DNA of 64,000 nt from Mytilus trossulus (taxonomy: Eukaryota). Position numbers and translations under genes: made by a program. This document shows positions 25,735 to 38,329 of this stretch, one piece after another; position 1 is the first letter of the stretch; the number at the start of each line of letters is the position of its first letter. The notes under the pieces were generated by a model, which ran no database searches, was not told the origin of the DNA, and worked only from the letters and a program-made list of their open reading frames with translations. The stretch is from positions 44,578,001 to 44,642,000 of the forward strand of contig NC_086382.1 in the NCBI RefSeq assembly GCF_036588685.1. The letters are read 5' to 3'.

Positions 25735-27140
25735 AAGAAACTGAATTGGTCTATCAATGCCCATGCTACGTCAATCTTTAAAGACCATCAATGTTGTAAA
25801 CACGTATCCTACCTCCATGACAAATTTGTTGTTGTCCCCGCAGAGAATCCCGAAACAACATCTAACCAAAGAAAATATCCTGGATAATCATAGGTCTTTA
25901 CTAACTTCCTTTGGAATTTCAACCAAAGATGAAGAACTGGGTCTTCAATCACTGTATTGCATACCTAAACTACTTAAGTGTCCTTACAAACCATGGTATA
26001 TTGCTGGGTCTTCCAAGTGCTCCACGAAACCTCTTCCTAAATTATTTACATCCATTTTGACAGCAATATTAGGCGGACTTTGAAGTTATTGTGAAGCTGC
26101 CTATTCTAGAGGTGGTATGAATCAGATGTGGCTACTAAAAAAATCCAAAGATCTTTTAGAGTACATACAATCTAACTCTCTTTCATCTGTAATATTATTA
26201 AAACATTTTACTTTTCTCCACTTTACAAAAGTATTCCACATTTCAAACTTTAAGACAAATTGAAAGAGTTGGTATTGGTTTATTTCATAAAAAAGAATGA
26301 CCAACGTAGATACAAGTATATTGTCTTAGGGAGGGATAAATCCTACTTTGTAAAGAATCAATCTGATTAAAACAAAAAATTCTTTGAAACTGACATTATC
26401 AAGATCTTGATTTCTTGATTGACAACATATTTGTATCGTTCGTAGGACGTGTTTTTCAACAGACTGTCAGAATTCCAATGAGAAGCAATTGAGCCCCTCT
26501 TCTTGTCGACTTATTTCTTTATTATTATGAGGCTGTCTTCATACATGAACTTCTTAGGAAGAAAGTTAAGAAGTTAGCAATATCCTTTAATTTAACGTTC
26601 CGCTATATAGATGAATTTCTCTCACTACATAATTTGAAAATTGGTGACTATGTTGAACGCATGTATCCCATCGAATTAGAGCTAAAGGATACAACAGATA
26701 CAGCTAAGTCGACCTCATATCTTGACATACATCTAGAAATTGACAGTGAGGGTCGTCTGAAAAAAAAACTTTACGAGATGATTTCAGCTTTCCAATTGTG
26801 AACTTTTTATTTCTAAGTAGCAACATTCCAGCAGCACTTACATACGGGGTATATATCTCCCAATTGATACGATATTCCCATGCTTATATTTCCTATCATG
26901 ATTTTATGATAGAGTGTTTCTATTTACAAGGAAACCATTAAACCAAGAGTTCCAAACCATCTGATTAAGACTATTTACCGGATTTGTTTACCGGATTTGT
27001 TATAGCATGAGCAACACAACGGGTGCACATGTGGAGCAGGATCTGCTTACCCTTACGGCATGTGTACTATTGCTTGTCTTTTCCATTTTTAGCCATCGCG
27101 TTGTCAGTTTAATTTCGATTTTTAAATTTGACTGTTCCTC
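25735..27140 (+). mobile_element. Degenerate Penelope-like retroelement (RT relic plus terminal repeat)
   Basis: LY(C)IPKL.K.PYK...IAGSSKCSTKPL in ORF 25757..26083, then broken Q..(G)IPM...APLL.DLFL and FRYIDE (RYIDD) near 26600; multiple frameshifts; absent from the equivalent intron of copy B. Confidence 0.8.
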
Positions 27141-29244
27141 TTGTATCTTTTTCTCTCTTTTTTAATAATTGACGTAAAGTTGAATTATTCCAAATGAGAA
27201 TAGCAAATTTATTATTTTCGCTAACTGTAATTGCAATGCATCATCTAAAATAGAATAAATTTTGAATGCCAATTTTATGAGTCTTCAAATTCGCTGTCAT
27301 GTTTCCGTTTAGTGAACGTTAAAACATATCCCTACTAATCACATACTTTTATGGGACACAGCATACCTAGAATATAACCTGGATCATACACAAGCATGCT
27401 GAAATAACCGTTCGCAAAAATCAGGAAACCAACAAGTGGAAGAGACGAAACGAAAGATCTTATCAAATTTGGTAACATCATTCCTATAAGCGCTGTTGTC
27501 AAAACAGGTCGTCTACCTAATCTGAATTTGAAGAAATATATTGTGTATGAGTTGGTTACCAAATTAAACAAAACAGCTTGAACAGTATGTTCCTTCTGGT
27601 GGTTTTATTTAAGAAACTTATTAACTAAACAGAATCGCTTATTAAGTTGATAGAGACGTGATATGATCTTGATGTAATCAGTCATAATTTTAAAAGTGTT
27701 AACACAGTGATTTGTTTCGCCTGAGTGTCATTTCGGCTACGTAATTCAAAAATTAAAAAGCAAACACTGAAATCTGTTCACTATGCCAACGTTTCAAAGA
27801 CAGTAGACTTTCGAGGAGACGGCGGCGCCAAGTGGTCTCCACGGAAATAAATGTACCAATACCAATTGAACTTCCTACCAAATATTATTATGACGTATTT
27901 ACACTTAATCCGTTGGATGTTGGATGCCTATTACATGATAACTTAGTCTTAGAAGCATGATTTTTTATTATTTGTTATTGGCTGTTTATTCAATTGGTTT
28001 AATACTTATAATGAATTGTAACATCATGGTCCTAGATTAGGGGAGGATTGGGATCCACCTAACATATTTACCATATTTACATTCTATATGTATGTTACTG
28101 ACCCAAACCAAGAGCCTGTAATTCAGCAGTTGTCGATTTTTGCTATGTTACATACTTGTTTTTGTTCAGTTTTTTGGAACATTAATGAGGTCGCGAGTTT
28201 TGTATTGATTTGCAGTTTTCATGTTGGTGACTTTCATAGCTGACTATACGGTATGGTCTTTGTTCATTGTTGAGGGCCGTATACTGACCCGTAGTTGTTA
28301 ATTTTTGTGTCACTGTGGAGAGTTGTCTCATTGTAATCATACCACATCTTCTTTTTATATATACAGTAAGTTCAAACAGAATAGGACATACACTCTAACT
28401 ATTACGGAAATGTTGTATACCTAGCCCGGAAATTGAAATATGATTCAAGTAAACGTACCGATCTTTTTCAATTAACTTATACTAAAATGTTACTAATTCA
28501 ACAATGTTATTAGGTCTTTAAATGTTGTTTTTAAGTGTAAAAATATTGATTTTGCTATCAGGAAATCAAAACCAAATAAAAAAGTATAGTATATAAAAAT
28601 GCATATGCACGGAATTACAATCTTTTAATACCTGTAATTAGGTATGGCACGTTTTTCTCGGACTGCTAAAGACGTCTTTGCACTTAATTCATTGGATTTT
28701 GGATGTGCACTGATTGATATTTAAGATACTAATTTTTCAGTCGGTGTTATTGACTTCAAATTCATTGTCAGTAACTCAGAGTATTCTCAGATTTGTAACC
28801 TGTAATTTTGTATTGTGGGATGTATAAAAACCTCCACTGTCCAAGGTTAAGGGAGAGTGTGGGGCCTCCAAACATGTTTAATCACGCTATATTCTGTATG
28901 TGTATGTACCAAGTCAAAACCTGTAATTCAGGGGTATTCGTTTGTTGCTGTAAATCATATTTTTGTTATGTTCATTGTTTTGAACATAAACCAGGCCGTT
29001 AGTTTTCTCGTATCAATTATTTACATTTATCATTTAGGGGCATTTTATAAATACCTATGGAGTATGTATTTTGTTCATAGTTGAAGGACTAAGAATGACC
29101 TATGGTTGGAAATTTATATGTCGTTTAGTCTCTGGTGGATTGTTGTATCATTGGCAATTATAAAACATTATATTATTCTTATAATATATGCGATAATTAG
29201 TTTGTCTCAGGTGAGATAATAAAATTAACGGTACCAATTTTCTT

Positions 29245-29290
29245 GCACCAGATGCGCATTTCGACAATACATGTCTCTTCAGTGATGCTC
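29245..29290 (-). ncRNA. Type I hammerhead ribozyme (subfamily 2), all stems intact
   Basis: Minus strand GAGCAUCA CUGAAGA GACA-UGUAU-UGUC GAAA UGCGCAUC/UGGUGC; stem I GCAUCA:UGGUGC, palindromic stem III AUGCGCAU, AUC cleavage triplet. Confidence 0.85.
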
Positions 29291-32200
29291 GTGGCCAAAA
29301 GATAACACTCTAGAGAAAATACAGCAATGAGCATTTTGATTCTAAATCTTCAAATATAATAATGGCGTTAATTTCAAATTAGACAAAAAGAAATCATATT
29401 TCAGTACTATTATTTGACATCTAAAAAACAATCTTAAAAACATAATTATTAAAAAGTTTTTACTTTTTTCCCTTTGCTGTGCGTATCTGATGTAGAACAA
29501 AGGAGACTTGTCATCAGATAGCCGTACGACATATGTCACTATAGGTGCAAACCTTTATAGAAGTTCGGAAGATTTATTTATTGCTTAAAGAACCTTTGTT
29601 TTGTTTACTTTTGTGTCTTTGTTTTTTTTTGTAGCCATACTGTCGGCTATTTTTCAATTTTGTGTACTCTTTACGAATGTCGAATGACGTGTATGCATAC
29701 GTACGTGTCCGAAAACATTCCATACGTCATAGCACAGCAAAAAAGTCCAATATAATAACAAAGCATCGTGTGACTTCTTACGAATTTGTTGTCGCATACC
29801 ATATCCAACTGAAAAATGGTAACCCGTGAATAATTTTCTTGCACAAACTGTAAACATCAATTTGAATGTGAAATACTAATGTACAAATAAGTTGTTTGTG
29901 TTGTGAGCATTTTACTTGGTTAACACGCTTTGTGTTATTGCTTTCATTGACTTCATTTTTAACTTACATATTCGTTTGTTATTCAGCATTTAAACCCGTT
30001 GTATTTGTATGCAACCGTCGATATCCTGTTGTTCATTGGTTGTCGTTTGCTGGTGTGGATATATATATATAGTTGTTCATGTCTGTCGATTTTTTTATCG
30101 ACAAGATAACTGTTTTGAATGACTTTGGACTAATCAATTTGGGGCTCTTTTGAGCTTAATGTTCGGTGTAAGCCAAGATTACTAGTTGAAGGCCATACTT
30201 TTATTTAATTTTTTTAATTTTTAAGGCAAATTAATCGGAAGAAGTTTCACCCCTTCTCCCACCCCCACTCACACACAAAAACACATACAAGATAAAAGAA
30301 AAAAGTTGAATTAGAATGACAGCAGCGGAAAAGAAGAAAATCTTAAGTGATAAATATTACATCAGATGTTAATATATAAATAATTATTACTATGAGAAAC
30401 CATCTACTTTTCACTAGTGCGACTGTTATCTGTAAGAAATGTCAAAAAGCTAAAAATCTAGGAAAATTTTTTATTTTCTGCAGAAAAAGCACGTTATGGT
30501 TAATTATTCAAATGTTCATTTTTAATTTAATATATCTATATGTCATACTCCGCTTAATTCTTTCATTGATTAGTATAATTTGTGTATAAATGTTATATTA
30601 TGCAGTATATTATCTATTGGATATTTATGTTGTGTAAAACCAATAAGCTGCATTTGCGCACGGAAATAAAGTTTTATTAAGTTAGTTGTACGCAATACTT
30701 ACTGTTGAAATAAGTGTAGATTTGTACTGACTTTGATCGTAGACCCACTCATTACAGGCTGTTGTACTTCCATTTTGATATACAAAACATTCAGAAATGT
30801 TGCAGCCCTATTAAGAGTACTGTTAAATGGATCCACCATGGTTTTTGGCATTTGGCATCTGCAATATATTGACAAATGAATCAATTTTTACAGGAAAGGT
30901 TTTCAAATTAATCCGTATGCAATTCGCATTTATCATATAAAATTAAATCTTCGTTTAGTCTGAGGTCACAGCAGACATATTTTTAGAATGCCAATATTTT
31001 CTCAAGATTGAGACAAAAAAAAAAACCATTTCAATGTTGTTGTCTGCTTGTTTTTTACTCTATTCGACATTTTACTTTTTGATTGTTCCTTGATATTTTC
31101 TCTCTCTTTTTTTTCTTCTTTAAAAGTCAGAAAAATAACAATTGAATCGTTTCTCAACGGCTCAACAAGATGTACATCTGTACAATTTTTCTATTTCTTT
31201 GGTGGCTTTGTACGTTTTTTCGTAACGTGTTATCGAACCGTTTTTTGGAAGGGAAGTGTCATGACCTCATATTCAGATGTTTACAATGAACGATCAATCA
31301 GCATTTTCTGTGTCAATGAATCAGCTGTTAAAAAGTAAAATCACAAAAATACTGAACTTAGAGGAAAATCAATTCGGAAAGTCAATAATCACATGGCAAA
31401 ATCAAATAACAAAACGCATCAAAAACGATTGGACAAGAACTGTCATATTCCTGACTTGGTACAGGCATTTTCAAAAATAGTCTTAAAATATAATATGTAT
31501 TGTTTAACACATCTTCAATGTCGATTTATAAAGGAACAACATAATTGCGTACTTATTAGAAACGTTTAAATGTACCAGGACTACTTACTTAAAAATATAA
31601 CCTACACCGGATTCCCGGATATCACTACGGCATATACAATTATTGCGTTTTTAATTAATAACAAGTGTATCGCGTATTGTAATTATCAGTAAAAAAAATT
31701 TCTGTGTTTGAACAGCGGTATACTGTTGCCTATATTTATCGCGTATTGTTGTCTGGCATTCCGATTGAAAAAACTACTTACCTGTGCTTATGATCGCCAA
31801 GTATAAATGTCAGCATGTATGAAGTCATGGGATCCAAAAACGGAGGAATCAATAACAGAGCCAGCATGCGTTTCTGAAAACGACCAAACCCGCCAATCTC
31901 TATTAGAAGCTTGTCGTAATTCATGTTGGTCCTGACAAAAAAGTCAAATCGGCAAACTATTTTGTTTGGATAAAGTATTACCACAAGTAAAGAGATTACT
32001 TGTAAAAGAATTATTTTTTTGCGAAAAAATGTCCAACATTGTTTTTTTTAAATCCGCCTCATTGGATCACTAGTGGATAGTAAACAATCGTACAGCAGAT
32101 ACTGTTTATGCTATAATAAATCTAAATCGGATGCATCTAAATAAATGAAGCACTATGAATGAACGTACTATATTGGAATTATGCTTAGAATGCATTTTCC

Positions 32201-32644
32201 CCCGTTAATCTTCAACACATGCAAGAAAAAGGCCACCATTGCAGTTTACGTACTTGGCTTTATTGAGTAATTATACAATATATACACAAAAGAAGATGTG
32301 GTATGACTGCCGATTAGACATCTCTCCACCAGAGACAAAACGACGTAGAGGAAGCAATTATTGACAACAACGAGCAAAACCAATACCGCATAACAAGCTT
32401 TTTTTTATATTTTAACATTGATTAGGATAGAAAAGGTTTCTTTTCTGAAAATGATCGAGTTTCTTAAAGGGGATAAGCTGTCAAATACATGTTCATTAAT
32501 TCAACTCTGAATCTTAGTTATTATCCATTTGTTTTTTGGGTGTTTGGGCTTTTCTTTTTGCCATTTGAATATGGACTTTTCCTCGGAATTCTGTATTTGC
32601 GTTATTTTATTATTTGCTCGTACTTAATTACAAAAAAAATAATG

Positions 32645-33380
32645 AAAAGAAAATTCACAAAAATACTGAACTCCGCGGAAAATTCAAAAAGGAAAGTATC
32701 TAATGAAATGGCAAAATCAAAAGCTCAAAGACATCAAACGAATGGATAACAACAGACTTGGTACAGGCATTTTCTTATGTAGAAAATGGTAGCTTAAACC
32801 TTGTTTTAAAGCTAGCTAAACCTCTCACTTGTATGACAGTCGCATAAAATTTTATTCTATTGACATTAATGCGTGAACAAAACAAACAGACATTATAGGT
32901 AAACATGTTGAAAAAAGGAGAACAGCAGTCAACGTGGTGTTATGATATTAATCACTATAAAACAAACAAATATTTAACAAAATAGCACAAATGGCATACA
33001 GCCTAAGGTTTTTAGCAACAATTAAAGACAAGAATACACAAATTTATTTAGGTAAAATAACACAATGATGGGATGCATAAGTACAGAGCCACTTCATATG
33101 TATGAAAAGAAAACCAAAAGCCACATAGACAAAGCAAATTAGCAAAATTGAAAGACAAGAATATGGAAATTATCATAGAACATTAACAAAATGACGGTAT
33201 GGACAAGTACCGAGCCACGTCAAATGGATATCAATAAAAAACAGACTAAACTGTAAAATTCATATACATAAAGACAAATAAAAGAAAAGTATAACACGTC
33301 ATTAAGATAACAAACAACGTCAGTACCCGGAATATATACTTCAAGACCATCGCGTATTATTTGTCATGTTGATACGGAAT
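32645..33380 (+). repeat. Dispersed repeat (aaaagtaaaatcacaaaaatactgaactccgaggaaaatt… family)
   Basis: Shorter copies at 31330-31475, 60170-60360, 60680-60845 and 16080-16200. Confidence 0.65.
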
Positions 33381-33877
33381 ATTATACCTTCCGAAAACAT
33401 CTATTAAATATACATAACGTCCTTAATAAAAAAAAAATAACAATGCATGGAGTTGTTTCAATATATCATAACTTCGTGTGTATTTTTGAATATGAGTCAT
33501 ATAATTTCCATCGGGATCGTCTCTTAAGAAATTTGTAGGCCATAGACATTAATAAACATGAAGCATGTGCAATCGTATAATGAGCAATTTTCCTGATTGT
33601 CATACACTAAAAATAGTATCTTATAGCAAAACATTATTCGCTTTGTACATGTTTGGAACATCATCAATATAGTATGATTTTTTTTGTCCACTTCGTAGCT
33701 CATTCCCTTTTACCCATCATCAAATAAAAGAGATTTTGAAGTATTTTGTAACAACATATTCCACTTTTGTAAGAATTTTATATTTGCAAATTGGTAGAAC
33801 TTAGTATAGCTCGCTAAATTCTTACTTTTCAAAACAAATAGGTTCATAAGATCTGTTCAACAACACAAAGTTCTTAC

Positions 33878-33985
33878 CTTTAAATCTACGTCATCAAATA
33901 TTCTTTCAAAATGAATCGAATCGTTATTACAATTGCTATCTAGAGAGAAATTTCTAATTCTATAACACTCACACAAATCAGTAAC
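33878..33985 (-). other. Putative non-coding first exon of SLC22 copy A
   Basis: Paralogous to 59331-59430, same AAAG|gtaaga donor. Confidence 0.45.
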
Positions 33986-35211
33986 ACTTACAACTGATAA
34001 GATGGCAATTTAACTGGTATGTTATTTATTTGTTTTTTGGGGGGTTTGTGACCCGGATTTGTTTAAATAGATTGATGACTTTTAAACAATTTGTCCAAAA
34101 TGGCCCACAGTATAGTCATACACCAATTCAGTGGGGTTGTGAGGAAACTGAAGTTAATAGCGTTACCGATTTACAACTATTAAAACAAATCTATTAAAAA
34201 AGGGAAGAAAGATACTAGAGCAACAGTCAAACGCGTCAATCGAAAATAACAGACAACGCCATGGCTCGCTGGCCAGAAAAATTCCTGAATGGGAAATTAC
34301 CTTAAACAATAGAATTACCCCTATACAAATATGTAAACATTATTTCACATTTCAAGAAGTCCTGTTAGTGATGTCATTACATTAATCTTCTTAAATGAAG
34401 TTACGATTACTAAAATCCGTAAAGTTAAAATAATTGTAATTTTGTAATTACCCTTTCATCTAACATGTACCAATATTCTTACATTCCGGATTTGGTTTAC
34501 ACATTTGTATAACAAATTAGTGCTGTTTCAAAATCATGTTTTAATTAGATCAAAAACATTGAACGAATTCGTCAATTTATTACCGAAGAAGCATGCAAAA
34601 TGTGAGACCTGCTTTTTATAGTTCTTAAAATATTTCAATATTATTGTAATTTTTAAGCAATTATATTTTTAACTTTTAACGTACCTTTTGGGGTAATTTT
34701 AGAATTTTTTAGCACATATTTTTGAAGTTTTAACTTACTTTTTTGGTACGGTTTCAATATCTCCTTTAATTTCAGCATGCCAATTTTACATGCATTTTAT
34801 TGTTTATTTGTGCAATATTTTTTTAAATCTGTTTGCTTTAGGAGTTTTTTACATGGGCTTTCATATTTTTTTTTAATTTGAAATTTACTCTGTTTGATGA
34901 TTTAATCAATGTAAATATCATCATTAGTTATAAATATATATGAATGAAAGTTCTTAATTCTACGGATCATTTTTCTACCCGAACAACAAAAAACTAATCA
35001 TGCAAACACATCTTGCTTTTAAGAAAGCTCAAACTTGTAATTTTCTTTATTTTCAAAGTGTATACTATTGTTGCGTTTCATTTAAGTCTGTGTCAACAAA
35101 GCGTTTACCAGAACGTAATAGGTGTTAGCACATAACGTACTATGTGTTTGTACATAACTTAATTGGTGTTTGCACATAATAGATATCAAAGGTACCAGGA
35201 TTATAATTAGT

Positions 35212-35257
35212 ACGACGGACGCGCGTTTCGTCTACATAAGACTCATCAGTGACGCTC
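35212..35257 (-). ncRNA. Type I hammerhead ribozyme (subfamily 1), stem I weakened
   Basis: CUGAUGA GUCU-UAUGU-AGAC GAAA CGCGCGUC intact; 3' strand of stem I mutated. Confidence 0.7.
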
Positions 35258-35651
35258 ATTTCATAACCAAAAAGCCAAACGAGTACAAAGTTGAAGAGCA
35301 TTGAGGATACCAAAAAGTTGTGCCAAATACGGCTAAGGTAATCTATGCCTGGGATAAGAAAATCCCTAGTTTTTAGATAAATTCAAAGTTTGTAACAGGA
35401 AAGGACTAGGGGCTATAAGGGCCATTTTTGGCCCCACCCCCAAATTTCATTTAATTTGTCATGTTGTAAGTCTATACCATAGACCTTCTGAAAATAATCG
35501 AATTTTGGGTCTAGCTCGTTTATTCTGTTGCCTAGCAACCACTAAAATGGCGGGGTTAAATTCATCAAATATGATTATTATACAGCTTTAATATATCTTT
35601 ATTTGAAATTGAACCTGTTTAGCATGTAGTGAACTTTACACTTGTACACTA

Positions 35652-36039
35652 TGGATACATCTGTTGTAGGGTTGTCACTGACTCAGACGTACTTATGAAT
35701 ATAATTATTTTCTGTGACTGTATCTTACATTAATTTGTAGGATCCTTTACTATAGATAATTTAGCTGATCTGTAACAATAACATCTTCATGCCTTATATA
35801 TCATGTACTGTAGTACGCCGCTAGATTAAAACTGACGTGGAAAGGTAACATATGGCCACCGAAAGCTTTTTTTTTGAGAGCCCAGGTGGTCGTGTGGTCT
35901 AGCGGGACGGCTGCAGTGCAGGCGATTTGGTGTCACGATATCACAGTAGCATGGGTTCGAATCCCGGCGAGGGAAGAACCAAAAATTTGCGAAAGCAAAT
36001 TTACAGATCTAACATTGTTGGGTTGATGTTTAGACGAGT

Positions 36040-36070
<31 letters not shown>
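35652..36070 (+). mobile_element. ~440-bp repeat with internal tRNA-like A/B boxes, ending in (TA)n
   Basis: A box TGGTCGTGTGG (~35887), B box GGTTCGAATCC (~35954); further copies at 7255-7652, 37205-37360, 61180-61308 and 61310-61550 (-). Confidence 0.75.
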
Positions 36071-36074
<4 letters not shown>

Positions 36075-36200
36075 TTTGTTTTTTTGTAGTTTTTGTCAAT
36101 GTGACTACTTTACTTTTCGCCTTTACTAATCTTAGTGTCGTATGACTTGGTCTTTGATCATCATGACAATATTCATTATATCTTCGTCAAAATTATTGAA

Positions 36201-36575
36201 AACAAGAATGTGTCTTTAGTACATGGATGCCCAAATTGCAAGACTAACAATGGCCAGGAAATCCTAGGTTAGGACAGGCCCAAAAAATCGGCAGATTTAA
36301 ACATGTTATTTTTGCTATCTCAAACCCCCTCTCCCTTTACTTCTAGGCAAAGTAGAAAAAAATCAAACACACAATACACACAGTAAAATTTACTTAAAAA
36401 AAAGTCTGAGTCTGATGTCAGATTCAACTACCTTGACCAAACACTTAAACCTGAAGCGAGACACAAGGACAATCGGATGAACAGACTGACATACGCACGG
36501 ACGAACAGACTGACATACGCATGGACAAACAGACGCATAGACCAGAAAACATAATGCCCACAAATGGGGCTTAAC
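36201..36575 (+). mobile_element. Helentron-associated (HINE/pearl-like) non-autonomous element remnant
   Basis: AACAAGAATGTGTC start, (GACA/CGGA)-type microsatellite, terminal hairpin atgccc..ggggc. Confidence 0.5.
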
Positions 36576-36735
36576 AACAAAGCCGGGTCACATTTTAAAA
36601 TGTACACTTCATTTTTACGCATGATTATAAAACTATTCAAAACATAACCTTTAAAAAGGCAACAGACATGTAGTATGCTTACAGACTTCAGGCTCTTGTT
36701 TCTATGCATGGAAAGGTCAATTATCCATATATATA

Positions 36736-37171
36736 ATCCCCAAGGGTGACTGGGGTATAGAAATATGGTCACTTGGTCTTCTCCCGACCGGCAGTAACAC
36801 ACTTGCCGAAGTGGGGCGTCCGTTTGGCTGTGCGGGATGTAACAAGTTCACAGTCACGTCCGGTCAGAACTTGAGAAGGGGGACGTTAAATCCGATACCT
36901 CGTGTAAAGAGAGGGCCACGCTCTTTGTGCGTTTAGAACCTTTGCAACAACTCTCTGAGGGGTCCGTAGGTGGTCTGTTGCAAGGCAAAATTTCTGTCCC
37001 TATCCAATATGCCCTCTTTTTCCGGTGGCAGTCCAAATTTCTCTGACCTTCATCCCAGATGACCTCTATTGTATCAACCTACCTATTGTATTTATTGTGA
37101 ACTTGTTCTCGTACTGAATATGCATGAAATATTTGCCACTGGACGTTAAGCAACCAACAATCAATCAATCA
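36736..37171 (+). mobile_element. SINE-like retroposon with possible Deu/Nin-type central domain
   Basis: 13-bp TSD ATCCATATATATA (36723-36735 and 37172-37184), (CAAT)n tail, central GGACGTTAAA-CCGA...GAACC block. Confidence 0.65.
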
Positions 37172-38329
37172 ATCCATATATATATATATATATATATATA
37201 TACATTTGCAAATTTACAGATCTTACATTGTTGGGTTGATGTTTAGACGAGTTGTATATACATAATGTACATAGCCATGTATCACCATCACTGCTGGTGA
37301 TACAATGGATAAATCTGTTGTAGAGTTGTCACAGGCTCAGGCGTACTTATATAATTATATATTTCTACGTTTATACGGATATATGGATAGTCTACCTTAT
37401 GCTGTTTCCATTTTTTACCATCAAATTTTTAAGAACTTGTTCTCTATGCACATTCCCCACAAAAACACATCCAATTGGAATATAGGTAGGATCATTTTCG
37501 AAATAAATCTCGTGTTTCTCGTCAATTATGGAAATTTAAGTAAAATACACCACCCCCCCTTTTTTTCGTTACATAAATCATGGATCTGACCCTAATACCA
37601 GAGAGAGAAGATTGCCCCATTCAAACAACAAATTTTGAATTTATAATTAGCAAAAACATCAGAAATGTACAGATTTTGTTATATTGAAGGTCTATCTAAA
37701 ATTTCATAATAAAAAAAAATGTCCTCAAAGTTGTTATTGACTGCCTTACACATGAAGGTCATTGCTGTCGGATTTTTTTAAAGAACCTTAACTAGATATA
37801 CTTAAGAAAATATATAATTAGGAATACACTTAACATTCATAAACAAAAAGAATAAGTTTCTATAGGCATAAGAATGTACAAATGTATAAACTAAACTTTG
37901 TCAGATGAAAAGGTCCAATTTGGACTGCAAATTTCAGCTTTTTATTGCTCCGCTTGGCTATAAAAAATATAAAATAAACTATCGCACCAACCTTGCACCA
38001 AAAAGATTTTTTATCCGAAGTTTGATATGTATGAACCTGTCAAAATGTTAAAATTTCTAATTGGTGCAAGCATGGTGTGGTGGTCAAAATTTAGAAAAAA
38101 CATCAAATTTTTGGTATTTTTGCTTATTTTCCCAATAATGACGTCATTTACACCTACCATTGTGACGTCATTGAACCTTTTTTAGTTAAGTAAAAACATT
38201 TTTTTTAAATAATTTACTCATATTCTAATAATTTATGGAGAAAAATCTGCTCTGTTAGAATTTTTATTATCTTGTAAATCTGGGGCCATTTTAGGCCATT
38301 AAAGCCCATACTAAATGACCACATTATGA

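Larger units (their letters stand above)
19335..31924 (-). pseudogene. SLC22 transporter-like tandem paralog, copy A, probable pseudogene or null allele
   Basis: Exons 31924-31782, 30858-30703, 29808-29705, 27521-27367, 25625-25457, 24879-24655, 23422-23196, 20097-19916, 19532-19335. Exon 2 is 156 nt vs 157 in copy B (1-nt deletion near 30800, giving a stop at 29780-29778). In-frame TAA at 24746-24744 (AAA in B). Exon 6 acceptor is ctaag vs ttcag in B. Confidence 0.85.
16540..34030. repeat. Segmental tandem duplication unit A (paralogous to ~40720-59470)
   Basis: Collinear exons plus alignable intron and flank blocks, e.g. 17535-17920 vs 41375-41780, 18550-18870 vs 42200-42450, 31975-32110 vs 58985-59110. 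Confidence 0.85.

Noticed and set aside
35880-35975. Functional tRNA gene
   Set aside because: A and B boxes are present, but there is no convincing acceptor or anticodon stem, and the anticodon region differs among repeat copies
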